Shown here piece after piece: positions 24,850 to 37,269 of a stretch of DNA of 64,000 nucleotides; position 1 is the first letter of the stretch; each line of letters begins with the position of its first letter. The notes below the pieces were generated by a model, which saw only the letters and a program-made list of their open reading frames with translations, was not told the origin of the DNA and did no database searches. The translations under genes were made by a program, and so were the position numbers. Source of the DNA: Hydrolagus colliei (lineage: Eukaryota); assembly GCA_035084275.1 (NCBI GenBank), contig CM068748.1:4092001-4156000 (forward strand). The letters are read 5' to 3'.

Positions 24850-25720
24850 TACGTGAACATGTACAATGAATTACATGCAGATAACACTTGATTTTTCTCC
24901 AAATGTACCCTTTTTGGAATGATTGTGTTGGACATATTTCTACAGCCATCTTTAATAATTGATATCAGCTGCTTTGGTTGTAAACGTGTAGGCTTTAAGG
25001 GCCAAGTGGGAAATGAATTATTATCGTCACTCCCGATGAGGTCACACCATGAAACTATCCATGCAAGAGCCAAAAGGAACATAAAGCTGTCTCGGTCGAA
25101 CGTAACACTTGCACTTCGAGATATTTCAGTGACTCAGACCCGCAAACAATGGCAACACTGTTCTGAGGGAATGAGTGGACGGATTGTGGGATAAATAGGA
25201 AGCCATATTCTAGAGCAGAAATTGGGACAATGAAATTTGACAATCGCATGCGGACCTCCTATTGGCGAACTACAGATGTATTACATTAAGACTCTAGCCT
25301 ACATTTAATAAAAAGGCTTCTCTATGGAGATGAAACCCTGAAGAAACATAATTTTCAGAAAGGCCAAGGCAGTCTATTGCCATGCCATGATAATCCCAGG
25401 TATGTCAATGTTAGTATTTTTACTGGGGCATCAGTACTCAGCCAAAGATCAATTAGCAAAGTTACTAGGCGCTCTAGGGAGCAACCAATCCTTTGGAATT
25501 AAGTCAAACAACATTGTAATGGAAAGTGCCAAAATAACTCTAGAGCTTGTTTGTGTGAAAAATCAGAATCCTCTTCGCATTGAGCTCTTCAATGCCTGTT
25601 GGTATTCCATGGAGAGAGATCAGAGTCACAAACAAAAACATCACCTGACTCCTCCGTTTGCAGTTCCCTTCTCAACTTCATTAAAAATCCTCAATATATT
25701 TACCAGAGGCAGCTAGAGAC
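24850..25720 (-). mobile_element. Ancient non-LTR retrotransposon RT fossil, R2-group-like
   Basis: Minus strand, in order with frameshifts: LHGIP..IEEL; RIGCSL..L..LLIDLWL; GLSWHGN-IDCL(AF..) at the YADD position; FLLNVG*SLNV; GSESLKYLEVQV; WPLKPTRLQPKQLISIIK..TIIPKRVH. Confidence 0.6.
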
Positions 25721-26296
25721 AAAATGTAATTTTAAAAACATAATAATAATAAACTGCATGTTGATGAACTCAAATACAACAGCAAGAAATGTTCTGTTGT
25801 GAGTCTAAGTGCCTTTGAATTGTGTAGGATCCTAGCAACACAACTCAATTCTATAAATGTCTTCAAGCAAATTGCCACATAGAAGTGACTTGTCTAGTTT
25901 AAGTACTATGTCTGCAGGACCATTGATTGCGTCTCTGTGATTAGTTTTACGGCACAATTACCAGTATCATTTCGTGTTTAGCTGTCAGACAGTACTGGAT
26001 TTTCAAAATAACTGTAATACATTAGTAAGAGATAAGATTGACTGGCAAACCAGTGACACGACTGTCTCAAATGTGCCATTAGCATCACCGGTAACTATTT
26101 CCTTTTATAGAAGTACAGTATTTCTAATAGGAAGACACTCCATAATTTTTTTGCATTGTATTAAGGAGAGCTGTTCCTCTGTAATTAGATCTTCCTGTCA
26201 TGTGATATTTTGCAGATCCGATTGAAAGTGTATGATTCCACAGGCTCTCATCAAAATAATAGTTTCATGGAATTTTGATTGCATCACCGATTTGTT

Positions 26297-26685
26297 TGAG
26301 GCAGAAACCATAGGGGAACTGGATAAATATCTAAAAGGGGGTCAACTACAGGGGTACGGGAAAAGGGCAGATAAGTGGGATGCAAAGGATTGTTCTTTAA
26401 AATAAAATTCAGTTGAAATTGATTAATTAATCATTAATTTTTAAAAAATGGAAAATCTAGCTGTTTGTGGAACAATGCTGTGTGCAAATTGATTGCAATC
26501 ACCTACAATATTCACATTATAATCCAACTGTGCAGTATATTATATACAGTATATATTTATATATCCTGTGAAGGGCTTTGAGATGTCTTGACAATGTGAT
26601 AAGGCTCTACATCAATTGCAAGGATTATTATCATTAAAGGAGCCAGCACATTCACTATGGGCCAAATTAATTTCTATGATGTAAA
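26297..26685 (+). mobile_element. CR1 3' end split by SINE copy 4 (~26400-26635)
   Basis: CR1 ELDKYL..GYG.RA.KW and ttgttcttt at 26297-26400 resumes as aaggagccagcac..atgggcc at 26636. The same sequence is contiguous in the 17190-17230 copy. SINE tail sequence lies in between. Confidence 0.75.
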
Positions 26686-26879
26686 TTTGTACTGTTCTGT
26701 GGCTCTTTTCGCCAGGTAGCCCATTTTGATGGAGTGAGTGGGAGCTATTTGATTTAGTTGACTGATGTGGTGGTGACAGTGATCGCTTCCAAAATGATTG
26801 TGGCTTTTCTAAAAACCACAGTTTTTAATTTCAAACCTTTGATAAGATGGGAGTTTGTGAAAACTGAAAAGAACACATT

Positions 26880-27210
26880 TCCCCAGCAACAACTGAAAAA
26901 ACTAAAACCGAACCCGTGTTTAGTTTAACAGCAGAAATTTTAGGTGCGGATGCACAGCATACCGTATAGATATTGTGGCAACTTACACTTTTGTAACTGC
27001 AAAAGCTTTGAGAAAATAGGTAACGGATTGATAACAAGCAGAGCCCCATTTTGGCAGTGTATGCTCTCCATTTCTTGTTCAGTTGAAGTGGAATCTTGTA
27101 CAACACAAGTGCACTGCAAATTGAAGACTACATTGCTTGACAAAGAAATCCAGTATATTTGCAGCAAGCTGTCAGTGTGTTGATACTGCCAACATGCAGA
27201 GGGCAATTTC
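26880..27210 (-). mobile_element. Ancient CR1/Jockey-like RT thumb-region fossil
   Basis: Minus frames give CSLQFAVHLCCTRFHF (cf. W.L.FN..KC..HF), then HTLPK..SA.Y...YFLKAF and YAVHPHLKF (cf. Y..LVRPHLEY). Confidence 0.45.
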
Positions 27211-29327
27211 AGGCAGCCAGATCATTGCCCTAGTCTTTTTAAGACAGCTCTGAGTATTTAATTCAGATCCTTTTATTTACCTCAGCAGATTAACAAAAAG
27301 ACATTTATTCTGGAGCACGGCTCTCATATGTAAAGTTTGGAGTAGGGTTTAACAACTATCTATACATTTATTTATGAATATATTTGTTATGACATGAATC
27401 CAAAACAAAATACAAAAAAAATCTGCACACAGGTTGTGCACACATTTCTTTTCGGGTTTGTTCCCTTTCAAAATAGTCCACGATCATGTACGTGCTTGCG
27501 CGCACCCAGAGAAGGTCACCCATTGCTTTCGGAAGGCGCCCCGATGTGCACCATACGTGCACATGTTTTTGAGTAGGTGCATTAACACGTACACATTATC
27601 GAACAAGTTCTACTTACCCTACTTACACAATCCATGTTACATATATGCATACCACATATGTATGAATACATGCATGAATCCATGCATGCATGTGTGCATA
27701 AAGGGAAGCAAATATATCACATTATTGCTATAGCTCTATTTGGAAGGCTAAAAACAAATCTACTTCAAATTCAGGTTCAGGTTAAAATACTGAAATCTAT
27801 CAAATGTCGTACAGATTAACTTATCACCTAGTTAAATGGTCTGTCAGTCTGGGATGGTTTGCTTGGCAGGGTGAATTCAAATGCATGCAAATTTCCCCTG
27901 TGGCTGACTAGCAAGTATAGTGAATCTGTCAAATGATGAAATGCAAAAATGCATTAACACAGTTAAAAAAACAATGAAAGAGCTATTTAATATATTAATA
28001 ACATTTTCACATTTGGGTGACTTGAAAAATATATGAAGCATAGGCCGAACAGCTGATAATGTGTGAAAATTGCTATAGAATCATTGTAATTATCCCATGT
28101 ATGTTTGGCGATTCACAGATTGCCCTTAAACAATTAACAATTCTAAATCAGAAAAACATTGTGCCGCTCCGTGCAATACATTGATAGTTTCACTGAAATC
28201 TGTGGTCTGAAAACTTTACATATTAGCTTCATCAAATCTCTTAATCGCGTGTCAGCAGTTCACCTGCAATAGATTTGGTGATTCTGTTTTTAAAGCATCT
28301 TTGTTTCAGTTTTAAGTGCTTTAGCGCTCATAATGTGTGGGCTGCGGGAATTAATTTCCCATTATTTCTCAACTAAAACACACTCTGATTCGGGGGAGAA
28401 GGGAATGGAGAGAAATAACTGTACTTTGCGTTATATCACAGAATTGGGCGAAATATAGGGGCGCAGAAAAAGTAATAAAAGTGGGTATTCCGTAAATGAA
28501 ACCAATCAAAATAATCCCAGCAATCATGTACTGTATAGAACAGTGGTGTGTACATTTCTTCTTATGTAGTAGAATAACATTTCACGCTGACGCATTTGAA
28601 AGGTATGACAGGCCCATTAACATTTCACAAGAACTACATTGTTTGTTTAAACCAATCCTAAATTGCTAACATTGATGAGGAAATGTCAAGACCTGCAGTG
28701 GTATGTGGGTACCTATTAGATGAGAGGCAGCCTTTAATAGGAGCACAATGATTCCATATTTCTGTGATTAATTACCAGGACCACCTACTGGTCACATAAA
28801 TGGAAATCTGCACTGACCTCCTTACAAACTTTTTACAGGACAGCATTCTACTTTTTTTTAAAACATAAAGAGTTGGTCTTTTCGCTCTGTGATATCAACC
28901 TTTACACTCATGCATGTAAGGCTGATGTAATCCCATGAGGTTATGTAAAATGAGGGCTATAATCACCATTTTGTATTACAGAAGACCTGGGATATAATGA
29001 AGACCAATTTTCCAGGGCAAAAAAATATGTTATATGATGAACTGTACGGAAAACATGTCTCAAATTAAAAAAAATTGCAAAGGGTCGTGAGTGATAGCAA
29101 AAGGTGCTTGCTGCTCCCAGCTACTGAGTGCTGGCCATTGTAATAATGGTTTCACGGAAAACCTGTTTGTTTTTTAAAACTGGGACATTTCCACTCCCAA
29201 GGGCAGTCCGTGGCCTGGGTCCTTCTTCCGACTTGTGAACGAAAGCACACGTGTCCCTGCTGGCAGTTTTTTTCGTTGGGCCAGTGGCAAATCAGGGAAC
29301 CTTCTCATTGATGAGGCTACATTTGCT

Positions 29328-29392
29328 ACAACAACAATTTGCATTGATACAGCGCCCTTCACGCAGGTTGGAGTCTCGGAGTGCTTACTTTG
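29328..29392 (-). repeat. L2-type 3' tail fragment
   Basis: acaacaacaatttgcattgatacagcgcccttcacg is the reverse complement of the L2 tail. Confidence 0.65.
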
Positions 29393-31259
29393 CTACGTAG
29401 TAAATGCCTGAAAATGGAAAATGAAATACCCCCCGTGAATTCTACCAGTATGTAATAGATAGATTTACACGGGCTGGAGTGCCCTTCAAGTAGGAACCAC
29501 AGCTCTAGGCTGAGATTCTATTCAAACGCTGTTTAGGATTATGACATTTTATGCATCTTTTAATATGATTGGAATTTTTGTCCCTTTAACCTGTTTTGAA
29601 TGATTACATACAGTATATGTGTGTCATTTGTTTTACAATGCAATACTTCGGTGCTGCAAGGCTCTTTAAAATATCTGATGAAAAGGCATACAGTAAACAA
29701 CTCTAATGCACGTCAAGCATATCTGAAAAAGTTTTCAAAACTCATTAAAATAAGCACAGACACAATGGAGCCATTAATTTACTGTAACAAAACACTTCCA
29801 TTTACAAGTGTGTTTTAATGTATTTTTAATTAAATTAATGTTGCATTTAACATTTTTACTTTGCACGCAATTCAATAAATATTTAATCTTGACTAAATGA
29901 CTCATATATGTAAATTGAATGTAGAGCCTCGATTCTGAAAAGGAAAAAAAAATCTTGGGTGGTGGGGGGGGCGGTGTTTTGTTAAAAGATTTCTAAACAT
30001 AGAATCCTGTAGGTACCTGGTTGTGTTTCACTCCGACCCCACTGGAATTTTACTCGGATGTCAATTTCATTCCCGACTTCGGTGAAGAGATCCTTCCGAT
30101 GCCTACCAGGAGGTTAGTATCTGAGTGGATTTCCAGCGGGCTGGCTGAGAGATGGATCCCACTACGTGAGGGATTTTATTTCTGAAAAACCCTGTTATTG
30201 GTCGATGAACATTGCCATTTATCTTTGAGGTAGAGACCGTGCCACTGGTTGCTTCTTATCATTGTTAAAACTGAGTGAAATCATTGCAGATACTATACGG
30301 TTAATCATGGATTGCTCCCTTCTGTCTGCTTTCAAATACTGAATCTACTTTTGCTATTTACGCAGCGGGATTTATTCCAAGTCTGTTCTTGCAACCATTT
30401 GTCCTGCAGTCTAACCTGCAACTCTGTAATGGAATAACTATTAAAGTGGTACTATGAAATTGCTTGTTTGTCCTTCCACTGCAGCTCAATGAATGCAAAG
30501 CAAAGTCAACTTCCCTGTTAAACAACGTGCAACCTCCTATTTTCCATTCATTACTCTGGAACTCTTTGGCATCGGAGTGCAATGTGGTCTCATTTGTTCA
30601 ACTGATTGCTGCAGTTTTCTTTCCAGGCTCTGCTGTTAACGGTCTTTTTATCTCTCTCAACCTGGCATCAGCATGGTGTGTCTGGAAGGCCTACTGAGAG
30701 ACGAGGACATGTTTGTGGCAGGTGAAATTTTATGTCCAGGCAACCATTCTAACAGGCAGCGTCAGCCGCCCGAGGCGCTATGGCTTCACACTCTTTTGCT
30801 CCACAGCTCTAGCTTATTCCTTGTCTCTGTAGAGCTCCTTCTAATGTCTACACACCAGCAAACAAAGCAGATGGGATGGTGGAAAATGAATAATTAGCCT
30901 CTGCACCAGTGAGTTCAAGCTAATACTCTGAACCAGGTATGACATCAAATCATTTCCAGAGGGACAACAAATGTCATGATGGAGATGAGAATTTTTCAGA
31001 TGCCTCTTGTCAGAAGCAAACACAAGAAAGGTTTTAACTCTTCTACTAGTCTGCAAGTCCCAGAGGCTGTGTTCGTTGGCTACAGGATGGAAATCCCTTC
31101 TTTCTCTGCATAGCCCTGCAATGGCCATCACCAGAAGGACTGATCCCTCTGGGCCCAGATTTTCTACTCAGGGCATGAAGATTTTTTTTTACAAAGCACA
31201 GGGAAAGTACTAGCTATTTGTGTCTATTATAGAAATAAAAAAAACTGCCTACCATGAAA

Positions 31260-31279
31260 AGAGAGAGAGAGAGAGAGAG
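31260..31279. repeat. (GA)n microsatellite
   Basis: Direct observation. Confidence 0.9.
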
Positions 31280-32379
31280 GCACTTGAATAAATCAGTTGC
31301 TATTGGCTGTGCCGAGAGATACCTGCAATTTGTTTATTGCCTGAATTTAACTTGAATTTGCATATCATTTTTGTTTACTAACCATATAAATCTTACCATA
31401 GGCACAGCTGCTGGCTTCCCTCTCGTTGTGTGGCCCTATGATTTATTTAAGAGATGAAGCTTTGCCCAGGCAAATGGGGACAGAAGCAAAACTTGCTTGT
31501 ACGTAAAACCTGCTGAAATGCACCTGAGATTAAAAGACCGGACGAAAACAGAAGGACCTAAGTGCTTCCAGTATTACACAATAATATAAAAAAATGTGTT
31601 TCATTGTTTTCTTTTGTTGATGGCAACAGAGGTGTAAATAATAAGGCAGGGATATGTTCTGCATTTTAAAAAATGTAACATATTGACTGGAAGAACATGT
31701 TAAAAATCTACCAAACCATAACCCCCTATTTAGAGCTCATTTATAGCAGCCATCTGTGTTTAAATTGGCACACAGAACCTGAGTAAACATAAACAAGGGA
31801 TTTTTTTTTGCCAGTCTTTATTATTTGTTCAGAGATAATCAAGAGGCAAATATATTTTAAATAACTAAATTTGAGAATAAGCCCCCCAAAAAGTTAAGTG
31901 CAGACGAATAACGGACCGAAGGTGCTTAAGTTTTAGGTTGATGAAAAATGTGATGTTTTACAAAGCTTAGTAGGCTGGCAATAGTATAATAAAGTGGGGA
32001 GCATTGTGTGTTTTATAGTACTTTTACATGAACATTTTTTTAGACGACTTCACAATACAGTACATTCTTAAACTACACTAGAGCAATCCAGATTGCTGAT
32101 TGTAAACAGTATGGGAATACATGGTGGAGTTTCACGAGCTGACACATGGGTCATGCAATTATTAGACTCTATTAAAAATAATAGAGCAAGTAATTCTTCT
32201 AATCAACCCTCATGTTTCAGGAATGTAAGCCAAATGGAAAATGCTTGTTTGAAAAATGTTGACGCGCTTTCAGGTTCACATCTCATGTGAAGGGTAAAAT
32301 GCTGGGTATAAAATATTATTGTAAAAGTACCAATGAAATGCTGAGTAAATGTACTGAATCTCTTACAGATAAAACACAC

Positions 32380-32880
32380 CTTTGATAAAGAGATGCAACC
32401 TCACCATACCATGGTGTTGTTCAGGTATGTGCTCAGAAGGTGTACACTGGGAAAGATCTGTTGATGCAGGGGATAGGATCAGGATATTGAAAATCAATGT
32501 GGTGAGGATGTTAATTTCCGAAGAGCTTATTTAATATCATGTGTTTTCTCTGATTGCTGACCGGGTTTATCCAGAGTATAATTGAGCCATTCAGTCCAGG
32601 TTTGAGGCTGATCTGTATTGAGATAGACAATTTCATGTACAGCAGGCATAGCAGCGCTAACACTATGTTGGGTAATGGAGGAGGAAAACCGGTCAGGGTC
32701 TCTGGGCTGGGATGGAACATATTGAGGATTAAATTCAGATTGTGATGTTCTCCATGTTTGAATACGGTGAAGACGATGAGTGCATTTGGAACCATAGCCC
32801 TAGTGAAAAAGAAATAAAATCTAAACAACATACAACAGAATTACATTTGTATAGTACCATTCAGCACTGGGAGAAGCCTT
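32380..32880 (-). mobile_element. Very decayed L2 ORF2 3' remnant plus a separate L2 tail (32825-32880)
   Basis: Weak echoes YSNMENI (cf. YFHL.NI), ETL and LWINPV..RKHMIL (cf. LHWLPV..RI.FKIL). The tail motif is aattacatttgtatag. Confidence 0.35.
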
Positions 32881-33879
32881 CAGGAGAGGGCAAGAAGGGG
32901 GAAATTTGCCAAATATGATTAGCAAAAGGGGGATTTTACTTTTAACAAGAATGGTGTCTCATTTTGATTGGTGAGGAAGAGTAAATACATAACTGTGGGG
33001 AACATGTGTGTGTGTGTAAAAAAAAGAAACCCTGACTTTTATTTGTTTTAAACTTTCGCTTGTATGTAGATTATTTTTAATATTTCAAAATGTTGACGGG
33101 AGTATTTCTTGCCATTTTGTCACTTGACCTTTGATATTGATGCTACCTGACAGGTTTATAGGTCGCCAGGGTGTTGTAAATAAAGCTATCCTACCTAACC
33201 TTCAATATATAAAGAAATATGCATGCAAATATACAAGTTGCCGGAAGCATCACCGAATAATACCAGTTGACCACTTAACACCAACAACATGTCACTGGAT
33301 ACTAAAGTTAAATGCATGAATTTGTCAAGATGAAAAATAAACGAACATTATGAATGTACTTTTTTTTTAAGGCTGATTTACAGTATCTGCACATTTGGTA
33401 TGAATTACTGCTGGAATGCTGTAATTCAGCTAATGAGATTAAAGCCAAAGTTTTTTTTTATAAATTTAAAGTGCACAGAACAATTCATCAAGAACACTGC
33501 CAATAATCTGATGCTATTATGAAATAATCAGTGGGAAGGAAGCACTGACACAGAAACCTGTCTAGAGCACTGAGGCGTACAGTGTTCAGACATGTATCAT
33601 ACAAGGAGTGCGATGGTAGATCACTTTGGAATCAATAGCACTGCTGATCATCTCTTACAGCACCGTAAAGTCCCTGATACTCTCACTCAGCTCATTGATT
33701 TTAGAGTTTTAATTGTCACATCTGTGTACCTCTGCATTAACATTCTGCCAACTGTTAGTGGAACTAACGGCGGTTCTGGGTTTAAACTCCAGAAGAACAG
33801 TTTCTTAGGTAGAGCGAGGGTTTTAGGCTGTTTTCAATGTTTTCTTTTCCTTGCCTTTAACTTTTTGCTGCAGCTGACA

Positions 33880-34270
33880 GTGATTTATGTCAGGGAAAGG
33901 TTCCACAGATGCTGTCAGCCCTTTAGTACCTCGCCCAAGTGGTCATTTTTCATATGTGAATCTGGGCAGAGGCGTTGGCAGGGATTCAAACATGGTGGGT
34001 GGGGGGGGGTGGGTGGATGGTGGGAGGCGGGTGATGGCAATGCAGCCAAATGAGCCAATTCCCAACAGTTACCTGCACACATATAGCTTCTAACTGAGGT
34101 CACTGGATAGCGATCAGGAATTAGTATTCTGGATGATCTATTTCCCCTTCCTATTCCAGTGACACTGAGGCCAAATGTGTGGCCTCACTACCTCCTTGAC
34201 TGAAGTTGATTAACTAAATCAGACTAGAAACCAACCCTTTACCATTTGCTCTCTGGCCATTGTCACTCAG
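33880..34270 (-). mobile_element. Ancient tRNA-SINE, LmeSINE1c-like, copy A
   Basis: Reverse complement contains ttggcctcagtgtcactgg..aggggaaa..cctgatcgctatccagtgacc..cacatatgaaaaatgaccacttgggcgaggtac, colinear with 43148-43460. The family name is recalled, not searched. Confidence 0.75.
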
Positions 34271-34789
34271 TTCTGTTCATTTAAAAATAATATTTGATAT
34301 TATTCATAAATCAGGAGCGATAATGAACTAGACATTATGCATGTAAACATAGATTTTACCAATACAGTGTTTTTTTTTGCTTCTTGTATCAATGAACACT
34401 TTTGACTGACTCGCCATTCTTTAGAGAATGCTATGAATGTAGTCTAAGAGATACCACTAATGAATCCAGATACAATTGTGCAAACTAAATATTTAACTAA
34501 ATATGTAACCGTTAATTATAGCACTTTCTGCAGCTGCACTTTCACATTTGTTCCAAATTAGATAATTGGTTGGTCAACGTTAGGGTTCAAATTGCCTTGG
34601 AATCCTTGTAAATTTCGGAATAGATTCATGGCTTCATTCAACCTCAGAACCTCATACTACTCTGGGTCACAACTACTGTTGTGAAGTCAGCAGGGTCACA
34701 GACAAGAGCAGAAACACATTTACAACTTTTTAGTTTTCTGAATAAATATACAATTGTACCCATTATTTCTGTAATTTACAAAGGGAACC

Positions 34790-35050
34790 AAACTGACAGC
34801 AAAAGGTTACACATGCAGAAACATCAGTTGTCAATGGCGAGTAATTGTTGGACAGCACGCTGTTTAAAAGAGATCAGTCCAGTTGGGGAGCTGTCAACTA
34901 CACTCTCGGCAGGCAGATTGTTCCATGGATGGATAACACGTGCCAAGAAAGAGTTCTGGTAATGTGGAGATCTTGACCTTGGGACAGTCTCGATGTGTGA
35001 GGGGAATGTTGCTGCTGCTCTAGTCATCTGTCTGCTGTCCAGTAGTCTCA
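34790..35050 (-). mobile_element. LINE (CR1/L2/Crack group) ORF2 C-terminal remnant
   Basis: ORF 34824-35027 reads PRSRSPHYQNSFLARVIHPWNNLPAESVV.....LISFKQ (cf. SFF.R....WN.LP..V....L.SFK). Confidence 0.75.
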
Positions 35051-37269
35051 GTAATCCAGGGGTGATGCCATCATCCGGTAAAACATAAACGGATCCTTTG
35101 GGCTGAATTTGGAAAGACTGAGGGGCCTGACTTTACGAACGCTGATAAGCAAAAGCTTCAGCAAAAGGTGCAGCGTTAGTCATCAATGAATTCAGAAACA
35201 AACATTTCTCTGGGTTTAGCATTTGTCCTTTTTAGAAACTAACCTCTCTTTGCTCCAAAACAGTCCTTAGTGAGCTGAAAACTAATGATTAATGTACACC
35301 TTGTTTACTGTAGTATTGCCTAGCCATCAGCTGTTACAAATTAAAATGCACCGTCTTACTGATTCCCAACGTTAGCCGGTTCAAATTAAACTACTGTAAA
35401 CAGCCTGATGTGAATCTGCTTTCACCTCCTGGCCTTAAGTACACCGTAGCACATGGGTTGTTCGGCTATAATTAGAAATTGAACAGTGTTTGCTGCTGTG
35501 CAAACAAAATGACGAATAAAGAGTAAATAAATCATTAAAATCAAAATGAAATCCAATCCCTGATATCAAATTGATACAAGACAATAACCACTATGAACAA
35601 GGAGCACCATTTTCAAGAAATGAAGCACAAAAGAAGGAGGCAAATCTTACAAAAACCAGATAGGTACCTTAGTCTATTACAGATTTAATTCAAATCTTTG
35701 ATATGGGTAAAGTTGCACCCATCATTTAGCAATCCCTATATCCTTCTTTGGGGATCTGATTTATATCCTTTGAGAAGATAGTCCCGATGTGTAAAGGTCA
35801 CAGGTAAGTTACACCGTACTTTAATACTCAGTAGTTGTTGCACACTTTAGTACAGTACTCCATACCTATAACTCACTAATTCAACCTTCTGCAACCAAAA
35901 CAAAGATACCAGGTTGTTCCCTCGAATTTTCTAATATTAATTATTTTAAATAATTAAAAATTAAAAACATATTTTTTACATTCATCTGTATTTCTGAAAT
36001 AATATTTAAAAAATTTCCACCAGTCCTGGAAGTTTACAGCTAACAAAACTGCAGTTCAATTCAAACACACTGCACAAATATGCACCCTGTGGTGACCACA
36101 CAGAGCTGTTCTGTCTGATGTCCTGGATTCCTGTTGAATCTGTTTCTCCCTTTCATTTTGCAGTTCAATTACATTACCCTTTACACTTCTCTTTTGCTGT
36201 GATAAATTTCGCACTGTCCAAGGGTTGAATGCACATGTAGAATTGACCTGCCTCGGTGGCCATCTTTTGCCTCATTCTGCTTCCTGTAGTAATGCTCGTT
36301 CTGGTGCTGTTTGTAGTGCAAAGTGCCCTCTATACCCCAGCCAAGTGGGGTAATCTTTGCATTGTGCTGACAACCATGTGGGATTTCATTGCATTTCGGA
36401 GAAATCTCCGTCTTCATATTGATTAAATATCATACTATACAAATATAATTTTGTTGTTGTTTGTTGTTGTCGCAACCTAAAGGTTCATGATGTTTAGAGT
36501 AGCTTGAATTACAAAATAGAAGTTGACATCCAATAATTGAAGGAATAATAACATAGTAATCTTTTCTTGTTGCCCATGGTTTCATCAGCATTCACAGACT
36601 TTCCTTTATGGATACCTGAACTACAGTATCCCAAGAATCCATTGTGAAATGCGCATGCGTTATTATCAAGGTTAACACTTGTACGACTGACAAAAAATTC
36701 TTAGCCCTTGAAATCACTGAACTATTCCTTTTGAGATGACCAAACAGACATCAAAGAGGTTTACCCATATTTCACATGAAAATCTATATCCAAGCTAACA
36801 ACATAGAAAAGCAACGATCCATTTGCTAACCGTATCATCAAGCCAAGGTTTACCACAGTTTACTGGATTCTGCTTCTCATTCATTTTAATAGGAAGCAAA
36901 GCTGATTCAAAGTTACATTCATAGGTATTTGCGGCTGCTGAAATTGCTTACATGGACTCTGGAGAGGTCATTTTGTAATAACCAAGGGAAAGGATTAAAA
37001 ACCAGTATGATCACATTAAACCCTCAGAGTGCCTGCATTTGTTAAGTTAAAATATAACCTGTTTCTTTTCTTATAAGTAGTCATGCAACTGTAGACTATA
37101 TATTTCATCATCAATTATTTTCAGAATTAATCACTTTTACAATGATATTTAAGGCCACAACTTTGTTATGTAAGTCAGTGTACTCATAGATCCAGTTTGT
37201 ATTCCCTCTATGATTTTTCATTGCTGGGCAAAATGATAAATATCAGTGCATACCAGCTGCTGCTACCCC

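Noticed and set aside
33592-34053. 153-aa ORF as a gene
   Set aside because: Its 3' part runs antisense through a SINE and a G-tract, and it has no recognisable domain.
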